NCBI RefSeq assembly: GCF_018350175.1
Contig: NC_058382.1
Location: 51,214,001 to 51,278,000, forward strand
Source: Felis catus
Lineage: Eukaryota
Direction: 5' to 3'
DNA length: 64,000 bases
Below are positions 14,184 to 28,169 of the stretch, piece after piece (positions within the stretch are counted from its first letter, which is position 1; every line of letters begins with the position of its first letter). The notes under the pieces were generated by a model. It had not been told where the DNA came from and made no database searches. It worked only from the letters and a program-made list of their open reading frames with translations. A program made the translations under genes and the position numbers.

Positions 14184-15035
14184 CTTCCCCTACTTGCACC
14201 CTCTCTCTCTCAAAATAAATAAACTTTAAAAAATAAAGATCTTACAAATAAAATAATCATCCATTAAGGAAATGATTAAATAGGGCCTGAAGGAACCCAC
14301 AGAGCCTGTTGTGGATTGAGGCATACAAACCAGTATGTTAGGTTATAAGTGACAGAAAACTAGCTCAAAGTCCCTTCAGCATAAGAGGGAGATCTATGAG
14401 CTCTCCTAATTAGGAAATAAAGAACTGCCCCTGGCTTCAGGCCTAGCTTGATGCTAGGGCTCAATGCCCGTAGGACTTTTAGTCCGTCTCTCCCCCTCGT
14501 GAATCTGCGAGACTCTTCTGGCATCCTTCCTCAGACAGGTTCTCATCTGCCAACTCAGAAACCCCACAGAAAATAACCAGCTTTTTCTCTTCTCGGGCAT
14601 AAAAATCCAAGGAGAACTCTCACTGGGCCATGTACCCTTCATTCCCCAATAAGTGTGGTCTGAGCTGGGGTACTCTGATTGGACTGGGTTGACCCAAGCC
14701 TTCTACTCTGTGTCCAGGGAAAGATGGTCATGACCAAAAGAGCCATGTGGGTGAGGGAGAAGTTCCTGATAGAGAAAGATGAGCAACCCTTTCTTAACTC
14801 CCTTTTATTTATTTATTTTTTAATTTTTTTTAACGTTTATTTATTTTTGAGACAGAGAGAGACAGAGCATGAATGGGGGGAGGGTCAGAGAGAGAGGGAG
14901 ACACAGAACCTGAAACAGGCTCCAGGCTCTGAGCTGTCAGCACAGAGCCCAACGCGGGGCTCGAACTCACGGAGCACAAGATCATGACCTGAACTGAAGT
15001 CGGACACTTAACCGACTGAGCCACCCAGGTGCCTC
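14055..15035. mobile_element. Can-SINEs 14055-14235 (+) and 14802-15035 (-, TSD tcttaactccctttt), with a probable old LTR fragment between them
   Basis: SINE consensus and TSDs. Confidence 0.8.
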
Positions 15036-17699
15036 TCTTAACTCCCTTTTAAATGAGTGCCTTAGAGTTGGTTTCTCTTACTTTCAACCCAGAATCCCAA
15101 CTACTGTGGCGAGTTGTAGGAGATGGGACAATGAGTAGGGAAACTGCTTTCTAGGCACAGGACTGTGACACTGCACACCACATGTCTCACAACAGCCCTG
15201 GGGTGCTGATGCAGAGCTGCTGCTCAAAGCTCTTGAGCATCGAGCTATACCACCAGAGAAACACAGCAAGTTGAAGAATGGAGTGATGTTTTGCCTGAAG
15301 GAAAAGAAGACAGACTTGAACTGATCCCTGCCAAGAGTTGGGATGTGTAATTTAAACATGCCACTGCCCTAAAGGGAGTCGTGTAACCTGGAACCAGTGG
15401 GACAGTCCTGGTTTAAAATATTCTGCTCACATCAGCCTAGATATTGTCACAATGCCCCCTGAAGAGCTAATTAATGGTCATACTTACCCAGGGTAACACA
15501 ACTAAAACTGGTTCCCAGATCCCGTAATGAGAAGATTCCAACACATGGGTTGCAGGGGCAAGAGAACAAGAACTTCTTTTGAATCCATAAAGCCCCAACA
15601 ATGCTACCGCCATAGTATTCATTGCATATGGTGTGAACAGGTGCAAAGATGCGGTCCTGAGCATTTTTCTAACTGTAGGGCCTTGAAACACATTACTTGA
15701 ATTCTCTGGGCATCTGTATACTTTGTAAAAACTGTTTAATAGTCATCGCTTTGTGGGGTTAATATGAAGATTCAATCTGCCTACTATGTAAAGTGGTTGG
15801 TACAGTGCCTAGCACATAGTAAGTGCTGAACAAACATCGGCTCTTATTATTATTACAAAAAGTATAGGGCAGCCTCCACCAACCTAATTTAAGAGGCAGA
15901 TGAACTCTTAGTTTCATCCAAATATGTTATATACACCACTCTGGCCATTACAGATTCATCACTTTGGATTAACAAATAATCTCTATGGCAATGCCGAAAA
16001 ACTCTAGTAGGAAACATGAAATACTACATTCAAGACTTTCATAAATAGGTCTCAATGTAGTTATTGCCTCCTAATGGGTTTTAATGAAGAGAAGGGTGAC
16101 ATGAACCACAAGAATCTTCAGATAGGTACAGATTGGGATCGGTGACACTGGAGTGTTATCAGTGACCCTGGTGGACTGCAATGGGCTGAGAAGAAAATGT
16201 GTTGATGGAGAATTTTCTGATATCACAATGATCTTTAATTCTCATTATTCACCAGGCAGATTAGCTGGTCTCAAACACAAACACAAAAACAAAAACAAAA
16301 ACAGAAAACAAACACACAAAAAAACCCTATCTCAAAGCTCCGTAATGTTTGGAGCAGGAGTCTACGTATCCAAAACATGGATTTTTCTGCCATCTGCTGG
16401 TCATTTTTGAGAAGGACAACAATCTTTATGTGAGCAAAGATGGGGTCTTTGGTGCCTCTCTTCTTTCTTGCCCCACCTGGGGACTTGCCCACAAATCTCA
16501 CTGGAACAGTGGGTTGTAGAATTTAGTTTGTGAAATGGGTGATGGGACTTTGGAGATTCATTATGGTGGTATATGGAGACACTGATGGACTTGTATGGGG
16601 TCAGTGATTAGTGTCTGTGGGTTCAGTAGCAAATGTCCGTGGGGTAAGTGAATATGGCTGAGACCTGAGTGATTGAAATGGTACCAGAAACGGATTTTTT
16701 TTTCCGGACTTAGCAATGGAGTCTCTAGAAATAATGTCTAGAATAGGATATTGAAATATCTGAGATGTGGAATCTATTTTGTCTATGGTACACAGTCTGT
16801 AGGATAAATGATGTTTATTCAGAGGTGTCTATGATGTGGGTTCTAGAGGCCCAAGAATGTGGAGCCTTATGTTAGTTGAATGATTAAAAAATGTTTCAAA
16901 ATTTAATATATATTAGGTAAATTTATCTAGCCCATGTGAGTTTCTTGGCTGTGTAAAATATCCTAGTTCTTAGGAGACGCATGTATTCAGGGGTGAAACA
17001 TACTGATTTCTGTGATTTACCTTCAGTGTGGTTTAGCAATAAAATGTGCATGTCATTTTCAAAACGGTTAAGAACTATCAACAAATTAGAAGTTCTAAAG
17101 TATATATGAACTGTAAACATTCTCAAAAGACACAAAATTAACTTGAATAAAAGGAAAGATCCATTGTGTCTGGGGTTCTCTAACATCAGACGCCTCACTC
17201 CATCCAAAGTAAAACAAAGCGTACAAAAAAGAAATAGATCCAGAGAAGCCTGGGGTCAAAGTCCAGCTGACATATCCTGAAACTTCCCTACGTAATTTGC
17301 TCAACCAAGAATCGTTAGGTGAGGAAAGGGAGAATATTCTAGTTTCCGTAACACAAAAGTTTTAAACTTTTATGATAACACAAAGGAGACTATCTTTAGG
17401 ACTCCAAGATACAGAAGGCACAAAATGTGGAGGCCATTATTAATCAATCTGACTACTTTAAAATAAAACATGTTTCCCAAAATAAAACCAAATACCATAA
17501 ACACTGTAAGATGAAAACACTGGAAGATGCAGACCCAGGGTAGATTTGTAGAGAATTTACAGAATAAGTGAGGTCTGAAAAATTAGTGTTTTGGAGAATT
17601 GATTGAATTTCTCCTTTTAGCATAATTTGTCATCTCCAAACTTGTTCAGCGTCCTTCCACAAAAGTGTATCCTCTATTTTTTGTTCTATTCGATTTTTT

Positions 17700-18929
17700 A
17701 TCATAGAATAAATTTACATTTGCATAAAAGGTTCTAAAATGGTACGTAGAATTTTTTTTCATACCCTTCACCTAGTTCTTGCCCTAATGAGAACATCTTA
17801 CATCACCAGGGGACGCCGGTCAGAACTAAAAAATCAACATGGACACAATGCTATTAACTCAATGGCAGACTCTATTCAGATTCCATCAGTTTCTCCACAA
17901 ATGTGGTTTTTCCATACAAGAATCTAATCCAGAATATCACAGCCCTCAGTCACTGTATCTCCTCAGTCTCCGATCTGTGACAGTTTCTTGATCCTTCTTT
18001 GTTTTCCGTTAACTTAGAAAACTTAAAAGAGTGTTGCTCACCTATTTTGTACAATGTCCCCCAATTTTTATTGGTCTCCTGTATTCTTATTATTAGACTG
18101 AAATTATGGTTTTTGTGGAGAAAATTACCACAAAGAAGAATCGCCCTTCTCATCTAATCGTATCAGGGGTACATTATATACACATGATACTGGCGATGTT
18201 AACCTTTATCACTTGGTTAAAGTGGCGACTTGCCAGGTCTCTCCACTGTAAAGCCACTTTTTATGTTCCCCTTCCATACCTTTTCATTTGGGAGTGAGTC
18301 ACTAAGTCCAGCCCACATTCCAGGGCAGGGAGAGTAATTGGAATTAATTCAAATTGCTCTGTAAGGGAGATCTGCTCCCCTTCCCCACCCCCATCTATTT
18401 ATTTAGTTAGTTAGTTGACATTATTATGGACTCATGGAGATTTATTTTGTTTTGGGGGTTATAATCCAGTCCTCATATTATTTATGTATTTGCTCAAATT
18501 GTTCTAGCTTTGCCTATGGGGAGCGATTTCAGGTTGACTTCTGTACCCGTTTGCAAAGCCCATATTTTTAAAATCAGAGTATGGTATTTAAAAACCAATA
18601 TCTAGAGGAGTAATGTCATCAGAATGGCAGAGTAGGCAGCTGCAAGCTCTCATCTCCCCCCGAGACACATCAAAAAACAAGCAGAAAATGTCAGAACCAA
18701 CTTTATCAGAACTCTGCGAAACAATCAACAACTGACAGCCGCCAAGCAAATGCTGAATCAAGAAAACAATATGACTTCAACACAGTAGAAAAGTTCTGTG
18801 GTGATTTTATTTGCCTTTATTCCCCCCATTCCCAGCTATAAGGTGGTTTTAAAGCAACAGCAACCTGCATTTCCAGAGAGGCACCCTGCTCCCTGAGTCA
18901 GGAAGGAACAGAATAGACCTTAGTGGCAA

Positions 18930-18979
<50 letters not shown>

Positions 18980-21900
18980 TCAAACCTGTCTGGTGGTTTA
19001 TCTGAAGGACTGATGGAGGTTGTTCATCTCTGTTTCATCTAACTTGGAAGTCAGCACAAGGGAGTAGGTCCAAAAGTAGTAACAGTGGCTCAAAACACTA
19101 CCAGGCCTGCTAACACCCCTCAGGTGCCAGAAAACTACCTGGTCTTACAGTTTTTCCCCTTGAATGTGCCTACTTCTGCTGTCTGCCATAGCAATTCTGG
19201 CTGTTCTCCACCAAGGGCTTTCATCATTCCCCACTTCTAGAAATCATCCTAGAAACATGTTCCCACCATCTAATTCAGTTCCTGCCATTTGGGCAAATTG
19301 CCCCAGGTTTAGCCATTGTGATGTCCTTCAGATTGACTCCCGTGTCCTTTTGGTATATCTGTAACTTTTATGTACTTATTTAAAAACTGTACATCCTTCT
19401 AGGGCATGGTTACCAGTGGGGGTGAGGGGTGGAAAAGAAAGGAGGTTGGGTGAAGGGTACAAACTTGAAATGAGATGAGTAAGTTCACAGGATCCAGTGT
19501 ACAACATGGTGATGTTAAGTCCTGTCTCCAAATTTAATCTTCAATACCATTTGGCCACCAATCACAGATTCTTGTCCCATGTCCACCTCCAGGCTCTTGC
19601 GAGTACATGACAGCTAGATTCCACTATTCTATTGAAATATTGCCCCTGTTTTGCTAGCAGGCTCAATATGTCCCTGGCTAGGATGTATTATGACTTTCTC
19701 TCAGTTATTGACTTCATGGGAAGCACTCGCAAGGCTTTGTGTTAGGAAAGAATTTGGTAGGATGTGATAAGAGTGCAGGACCTTAGAGAAACAGTTGATC
19801 CCAGAGCTGAAGAAATGAAAATGCACAGTGGCCCTGGGGCATCATCTCATGCCATAAATCAAAGATTTTTTTTCTAGCTTCATTAAGGTACAATTGATTT
19901 TAACACTATGTATATTTAAGGTATATAATGTAACAATTTGATATATGGTATACATTGTGAAATGATGACCAGAGTCAAGCTAAATTAACAAATCTGTCAC
20001 TTAGTGACTTTGTGTGCATGTGTGTGTGAGTGTGTGTGTGGTGAGAACACCTAATATCTACTCTCTCAGCAAATTTCAAGTATACAATACAGTATTATTA
20101 ACCAAAGTTCATCATGTTGTACACTGGATCTGAAGGACATCACAATGGCTAAAGCTGGGGCAATTTGCCCAAAATATATGTTGGTCGTATAGGCTGACAC
20201 CCCAAAAGAATAAAGTAAGTATCTTTTACCAGATGGTGGTAAATAAAATATTGAATAAAGAAATCAGTGAAGAGAAGGGGCAAATTGTGGAAACCCCTGC
20301 AAAACTTCACTTCCCTCCTCTTTGGGTGCAGGCTGGATTCAGTGACTCACTCACTTCCAAATAACATATGAAAAGGTAAAAGTAGTGACTTTAGAGTGGA
20401 GAAACCTGGAAGACACCTTCTTAACCAGGGGATCAAGGTGAATATAACCAGGGATAACTCGTAATGGTATCACTTGATATGATGCAAGGAGAGGGCAATC
20501 CATTTCTGTGATATATTCATCTAAAAAACCTATAATCCAAATCTAACCAAGAGAAAACATCATACAAACCAACAGTGAGAGACATTTTACAAAATACCTG
20601 ACTTGTATTCTTCAAAATTATCAAGATCATGAAAAACTAGGAAAGAGTGAAAACTGTCACATATTGTAAAAAGCTAAAGAAGGCAAATAGAGACTCCTGG
20701 ATCTGATCAGGGAAGTGAAAAAGGCTATGGGTAGCAAGACTGTGTACATGGGAATAAAGTTAGGTTAGCTCATAGTATTGTACCAATGTTAATTTCATTG
20801 TTTTGACAGGTGCACCAAGGTTGTGTAAGATGTTAACCCTGAAGAAACTAAATGAAAGGTATACAGGAACCCTCCATACTTAACTTCCAGCTTTTCTGTA
20901 AGTCTAAAATTATTCCAAGTTAAAAGTTCATTTATTTATTTATTTTTTCAAAAGATTTTATTTTTAAGTAATCTCCACACCCAACGCAGAGCTCAAACTT
21001 ACAACCCCAAGATCAAGAGGCATATTCTCCACCAACTGAACCATCCAGGTACCCCTAAAAGTTTATTTAAAAAGTCATACTTTAAAAAACAAAATTGTAG
21101 GGGCGCCTGGGTGGTTCACTCGGTTGAGCATCTGACTCTTGATTTCCGCTCAGGTCATGATCCCAGGGTCTTGGGATCCAGCCCCACATCGGGCTCCATG
21201 CTAAGCATGAAACCTTCTTCAGATTCTCTCCCTCTCCTCTCTATCTCTCTAAAATTAAAAAAAAAAAAATACATAAACAAATAGAATCAAAAGTCTCTAA
21301 AAGAATAAACAAAATAAAACAAAGGAGCCCACGGGCAGGTGGAGTTGGCGACCAATGTAAAGGAAACAAAGAAGAATTATTCCAGTTGCCCCGTGAACCC
21401 ATCATTAGCCTGTATTTTACTCATGGTTATGCCCCAAAAGATGAAAATGAACTACAGTTGACTGTACATCCTCCCAGGAGCTTGAAGGCCCTGCCAAAAC
21501 TTTGTGGTGCGTCTCAGCTGAGACTGCCAAAGGGGAGACGCTGTAGAACAGTGACCTAGACTAGGTGCATCTAGTCCACAGATTCCAGGGGCAGATAAGT
21601 TTGTGTCTAAGCTGTTATGGATTTGTTGACCTTCTTAAGTGCACACATGAATACGTTTCCTCAAATTTGAGGAGCTTTCAGCCATTAAATTTTTCTGCCT
21701 CTTTCTTTGTTCTCTTTCTAGAACTAAGGCTATGTGTTTAATGCAATATATTTAATGGCTCCCCAAGGGTATCTTAAGATTTGTTCATTGTACTTCATTC
21801 TTTTATTTTTCTGTCCATCAACTGGATACTCTTAATTAATCTGTCTTCAGTTTTATAGATTCCTCCTACTTCTAGCTGAAACCTGTCATGGAAACTCTCT

Positions 21901-22300
21901 TATCCGTATGAGTTATACTTTTAAAACTCCTGATATTCTCATTGGTTTGTATTCATAACCTCAACTCGTGTATTCATATTATCTATTTTATGAGTCATGT
22001 AATTATCTTTACCTATGCTTTCTTTTCATTTTAATCACATATTTATAATACCTGCTTTGAAGTCCTTTTCTGCTCAGTCCAACATCTCAGCACCCTCAGT
22101 ATGCCTGCTGACAGATTTTTTTTTCCTGTGTAAAAGGCATACTTTCCTATTTCACTGCATGTATTACTGAAAAATTGGCAATTTAGATAGTACATTGTAC
22201 CAACTTTGGATTCTGTTCCCACCTTGTGAGTGGTTGTGGTGGCTGGATTTTTATTTGTTTGCTTAGTGACTTGCCTGGACAAAAAGTCTGTTTCCCCCTC
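17700..22300. mobile_element. Cluster of ancient L1M fragments in both orientations, with (TG)n at 18930-18974 and SINEs at ~20930-21056 and ~21099-21268
   Basis: L1M 3' UTR-like and 5'-like motifs; SINE heads. Confidence 0.7.
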
Positions 22301-22801
22301 AGTGTGTGTGTGACTGTTGTCATCTTGTTTCCTAGAGCCTGGCGTTCCATCCCTACACCCTTGTTACTTCCCCTCAATAACAAGATGGCACTATACCCTA
22401 TTCCAGCTAGAGCGTATAAGCATTGTTTATGGAAACGATGGAGCCAGAGAAAGGGATTCACTAAATTTGTATACGATGTCCTGGCAAACTCCTAAGAGAT
22501 GCATGTATGAAAATGACCAGAGCCAACACAGCAAAATGTTTGAGAAATCGACTACTGTATAGAATACCAAACAGGTTTCACAATTGGCCTCTGGGCAGCA
22601 CACAAGTGAGAGAAGTCAGAATCACATCGCAAAGGCTTTGAAAGCTAAGTTCATAGCTGAACTACAGCCCACGGCAGTAGGCCAGAGTGTGTGTTCCCAA
22701 ACCAAATGGGTGGGCCACTTACTAAAAGGGAAGATTTTAAAAGGAACCATGTCAAATAATAGTCAAAATATTCCCAATATAGTCTAAAATAGCATAGTTG
22801 C

Positions 22802-22998
22802 GGGGCATCCGGTGGCTCAGTCGGTTAAGCATCCAACTCCTGATTTCAGCTCAGGTCATGATCTCACGGTTTGTGAGTTCGAGCCCTCGGTGCTGATAGC
22901 ATGGAGCTTGCTTGGGATTCTGTCTCCTTCTCTCTCTCTGCCCCTCCCCCGCTTGCTCTCCATCTCTCTCTCTCAAAATAAGTAAAAATAAACTTTAA

Positions 22999-23041
<43 letters not shown>
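22802..23041 (+). mobile_element. Can-SINE with (TAAA)n tail
   Basis: SINE consensus. Confidence 0.9.
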
Positions 23042-23139
23042 CATAGCTGCCTCCTCTTTTGTAGATCTGTGGTTTGCCTTGTTACCGCTTCCAACTAAAA
23101 ATCTTCTCCCTAGTAATTCCTGTGGCTTGCCTTCAGTTT

Positions 23140-23570
23140 TAATTTCTTATGATTCAGAAGCACTCATGGGAAAAGAAGTCAGAGCCTGAGGGTGACCTAA
23201 GTGCATGCAGGTATCCACAGAAAAGAACACACTGTGGTCCACAAATAGTCTATTCCAGAGGCTCAGGGGACCCTGGGGCAGGTATAGAATGGGGCATGGT
23301 TGACCAGTCCTGGGAGTGCAGTGTCCTGGGTGCCTCATGAAGAATAATGTGCAGAGAGGGTGACCTCTTAGCCTGGGAAGATGAATGGTCCACTTTGGAG
23401 GAACGCATGCCAAGGGTTAGGGGTAGGAGTCTGGAGAGTGATCAACTCACCCTAGATGAAGAATTTCTTCCGAGATGTCCACTTCTGAATGTAAACACTG
23501 TTGTCCTTAGAAGTCAGATAAATGAACTCAAATACCCCTTCAGTAGCCTTGATCTCCTATAAAAAGATAG
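23140..23570 (-). pseudogene. Unidentified gene family, copy 3 (fragment); exon A 23556-23451, exon B from 23272
   Basis: EIKATEGVFEFIYLTSKDNSVYIQKWTSRKKFFI* between ttttatag and GTGAGT; then GSPEPLE*. Confidence 0.68.
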
Positions 23571-23599
23571 GAATGTGGCATGGGATTGAGGACTATGGG

Positions 23600-24210
23600 A
23601 GTGTTTGGGTCAATTCAAGCTGCTATAATAAAATATCATAGACTGGGGCACTTAAACAACAGACCCAGTTTATTTCTCACAGTTCTGCAGGCTGGGAAGT
23701 CCAAAATCAAAGTGGCCACAGCCTTGGTATCTGGTGAGAATCCACTTCCTGGTGTGCAGACCACTGCCTTCTTGCCATATCCTCAGGTGGTAGAAAGAAA
23801 AAGAAAGTAACTTCTCAGGTCTCTTCTCATAAGGCCATTAATCCCATCATGAGGACCCCCTCTCACAACCTTCTAATGGCCCAATGGCCCTATATCCAAA
23901 TAGCATCACATTAGGGGTTAGGGCTTCAACATATGAATTATGGAGGGCATGATTCAATTCATAGAAGGTAGGCAGAATAATGGCTCCCCCAAAGATGTAC
24001 TTGTGAAGAACTTGTGAATGTGGTACCTTACATAGCAAAAGGGATTTTGCTGATTTGGTTAAATGTAAGGACACTGAGTTGGGCAGAGTGTTCTGGATTA
24101 TCTGGGTGTGCCCAACTTAGTTGTATGAATCTTAAAAAGTAAAGAACCTTTCCTGGTTCTCAGAAAAGTAAATACAACCATAGAAGAATCATTATAGAGA
24201 CGCAGCATAA
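23600..24210. mobile_element. Two adjacent MLT1 LTR fragments
   Basis: cttaaacaacagac...tctcacagttctg...; aggcagaataatggctcccc. Confidence 0.8.
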
Positions 24211-25399
24211 CTCCCAGGTCCTAGACTGAGCCAATCGTATGCAACATTAATGGCCTCACCCCCATCCTAAGAATGTTCAAGACCTGTCAGGCCCTCACTG
24301 GAAGGTCACACACAAGTCAGTGGTCAACGCTTATGGCTCTCATCCCAAACTACAAGATTGGCCATGCCCAAGACATTACCAAAGCCAGTCCATGCCTCCT
24401 CAGGGAATGGCTTCCTCTTACCCATGGCTTCAAGACCTCAACCAGTTCATCTGGTCTGCACTACAGTTTGTTACCCTCTAAAAAGTCTTATGTGTCCTTG
24501 AGCATCGGAGATCCTGTATGCAAGAGTCACAGGAGAGCACACGTCAAGCAAGGAAATGTCCCTATCGAGTCAAAGAGTTAATGAGTGGGCAATTACAGGT
24601 CAGAAAGCAATCAGCATACCTTCATAAATGCTGGATACACATTAATCTGTAGCCAAATCTTCAGCTTTTCCTCAGTCCTGGGAAGACCCAGAGATGAACA
24701 GGCATTTGGCCAGAGGACATAGGAAGGCCAGGCACCAATGCCCCTGTTGCCCTCCAGGGTCCTTCACTTGGATTGTGACCCTAGGCTGTAACCATTCCCC
24801 ATGACCTCCACTGCACACAGCAGGAGATCATGCATATCAGAAACAGATCTATTTGATTAGGTGCACCCTTTGTCCTCTCAAAGTCCCCAGGGGATTTTGG
24901 AGGAGGTAAGTTTGATTGTCTGGGCCTGGACCAGTTCATCTAGTCTGCCATAACTCCTGAGCACCCACAATAGGTGCTTCCTGCCTCAAGCAGTGTAGTT
25001 CCCCAAAAGCCGCCTGAAAACAGGAGACCAGGAAGAGGGATACTGGGCCATTAATCTTCAGGGGAAAATCAAATTCTAGACAGGGGGATGTCACGGACAA
25101 CACAGGAACCTTTCCCTGTGCATCATGCCCTTTCCACAAGCCTGTCCACTACCCCGTGAACCATAGCCCTGTTCCTGCCTTGGACCGGGAGCCAGGCTTA
25201 CAAGCTCATCAGAGAAAAAGGGTCAAGCTGCCAGTGGCATCCATGAAGCATGGACCTACTCCTTAAACTAAACTCACATCTCCAGTCCATCTCCTGTGTT
25301 TGACCAAGACCTTGCGGGGATCAGGGGCCAGACCTACCACTCAACCCTCCAGACAGGCTGTGTTCTCCCTGTCTCTCTACCCCAGATGACTCATGCCTT

Positions 25400-26880
25400 C
25401 CACAGACTTTAAGGGAGATTCACAAGATATAAGAACTTTTCTTAACCTAGAGCACTCTGGACCTGGCACTTGTCTACCTCCAGGTTTTATACTTTCGGTG
25501 GCGTAAAGACACAGGCTGTACTCGACATGGAGAAAAACCAGGGTCAGGAGTGCGACTTGCAGATGAAAGAGAACACAAAGTGGTGAAATCAAATGGAATG
25601 AAGAAACACAGAGGAGGTTTGTCAACTTTTTACTTATTATATTATGGTAATGCATAAACTTAACGACAAAATGCATGAACACTGTGTGCGTACAGCTTTG
25701 TGAGTCGTAACAAAATCTACACACCTGTTTCACTAAGACTCAAGTGAAGAAGCAGAAAAAATCAAGTGCCCAAGCACTGATCCAAAATCATGCACTTGGT
25801 GAGTTTTGAGGGTTTGGAGGGAACTGACGGGAAGAAAGAATGGAGTGTTTGGCATGACTGGTGTGCCTGGGAATCTTACAGCGTCGGGGAGCCTGGATGG
25901 CCTGGGAAGTTTGTTGAGCCTACGGAGTAAGACAGCTCATCAGTTGGGTGAGGTGAGTGAAATGCAGGAGGTTCTTGTTTATGTGATTCTAGTCACAGTG
26001 ACCAAGTAGGAAGGGCAGGCCGGAGCTGGTCAAGGTCAAGTGAATGAACTCAATGTTTTCAGGCAAATATGCCCCATGGGACAGGACAGGAATTCAGGAA
26101 AGCAGCAACTCACATTAGTTTTACACTCTGTCTACAGAGTTCAATGTCTAGCAGTGTCAGGTCCCCTCTGCTCTCCGTTACTGGAGTCCACCCCGATTAG
26201 ACAAGAGAAGTGAATGGGGGCATGTGAGAAAAAGAAATGGGGCTGTGGTGAAGCCACAGAGGAGAGAAATGGGGTAGTGAGGTAGAACGGAACAAGGAGA
26301 GAAGGAGTGGAGGACAGAGGTACAGAGAATAGTGATAGGATCAGAAAGCAGAGTGAGAGGCCAGGAAACAAGGTGAAGGAGCTCGCAACAGTGACATTCG
26401 CTGCAGGTGCAGCCCTGGGGACTGCTCATGAGATAGTTTAATCCTACCTTTAGGAAGCTTTGGTTTTGCTCAGAAAAGGACCTCCCCCCCCAGAACCCCA
26501 TATGACAAATATTAAAGTTCAGTTCTCTGTTACGCAGGCAACTTTGAGGGAAAGCATGATACAACATTAGAGTCTACACAGTGTGTCCAGATACCTCCAT
26601 GAAAGGACATTCCATGGTTCACAGGGATCCATCCCAGAGGCTCAGAATACCCAAGGGTAATGAATCCACAAGCCCAGTGTTCTGGGGGCAGCTCAGAAGG
26701 CAGGACGCCTGACGTGAGGGATTCCGTGTTACCAGACACATGGATGGGAAGCAACCACAGGGATTCGTGAAGGACAAAGCAATTGGCATGAGTCAACTAT
26801 CCCACACGAGGATGGCTCTGCTGGGGAATCCAGCCTCATTGGTGCCCCCACACAGACTCACTGACCTGTGTGTGTTCGTG
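25400..26880 (-). pseudogene. Unidentified gene family, copy 4; partial exon A ~26870-26800, exon B ~26651-26448, 3' region with 6-aa repeats
   Basis: YSEPL, WTHC, RELNFNICHMGFW, donor AAG|GTAGGA; repeats RPSRLP-DAVRFP-GTPVMP. Confidence 0.6.
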
Positions 26881-28169
26881 GAAGTACGTATCGTCAGCTG
26901 ACCTTGCCAACACCACCACTGCCATGACATCAGTACAGTAAGGATGAAACTCAGACAGTAGAGGCTTGTAACAAGTTTCTATGAGGAACGTTGTCAAAGA
27001 GAAAGGAGCTAGACCTCAGACTACCCTAGGGGCGAATCCAGGAAATGTTCGTCCTGATTGTGAATCCACAGGGCAGAACATTTATCACTTCCGTCCCTCG
27101 CAGCTTTCTATTTAAAATAGGAATAATTTTGACTTCCAAGATGGTTATGGGCAATTACATAATTATTAAATTATTAAAACATATAGAGGGCATGGAGCAG
27201 TGCCCAGCACATAATGCATGTGGCTCTAGTGTTATTTTTGTTCATGTGCTTATGCTAATTACTATGATTCTTATATGTGAGGAACAAAATGGCAGCAGTT
27301 GTTGACATTACATTATAAAAAAGGTTACATTTCATTCACATCTCTCAAAAACATGTAGAGTATGGCTTATCTAAACCTGTTTATAGGAGCATCTTCATGT
27401 TTGCAGAAGAACTAATAGCAATAAAAAAAAGAACTAATAGCAATTATATAGGTAAGGTAATTACAATGTCAATGAAAGCATCACATTTATGCTTATTTCA
27501 ACTGGTGATGGTAGAGCACAAGATTATCGTGGTACCAACTATTGCTGTAAAGATAGCATGACGCAAATAAACAGTGAAGGATGGCATCACCACTTTGGTG
27601 AGGAAACAAGGTGCTGTCCTAACAATGACATCTCTGTCACACAGGTGTCACACAGGCCCATGCCCTGGCAGGTGATCTGTGGAGGTCACACGCAGGGCAA
27701 AGCCAATGTCCCAACCCAGCCCTCCTGTCAGGGCTGGGCAGATGCTCAGTGGATGGTCTGCCCCAGCCTGTCCCCTACCCAGCGCACATCCAGGAATAGT
27801 CATGAGATCGCACTGGGGTCAGTGATTGTGTCTCTTCATCCCACCTCTCCCCAACCCCAGGATGGCACATGGTAGCCTCACCCTTGATCAGACCATGCCC
27901 TCTTGTGGGTGAGGAATCTAGATTTAGCCTTAAAATGTTCTATTCGAGGGGACTCTGCCTTCTTCTGAGCCATCTACCCTGCACCAGCAGCCTCCACGTC
28001 TTATCACTACACAGGAGATCAGTCTCCTCACTTCTCTCCTGCGAAAGGAAGTCACAGGCATGTCAGGGAAAAACTACCATATACCTGACACACATTTGGC
28101 CTGGCCCCACCCCTCAGTCCGTGTCCACTTAGGCACACTTAGTGTCTGTTAAGTGACAGACTCTTATTA

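Noticed and set aside
15090..15330. Coding-looking stretch ADAELLLKALEHRAIPPEKHSKLKNG
   Set aside because: No recognisable homolog, no start codon, and no donor before the stop.
23451..23556. Assigning the unknown exons to a named family (hemopexin, ZP-N/PLAC1, MAJIN or CSNKA2IP-like)
   Set aside because: Only short, unconvincing motif resemblances, sometimes in the wrong order; a profile search is needed.
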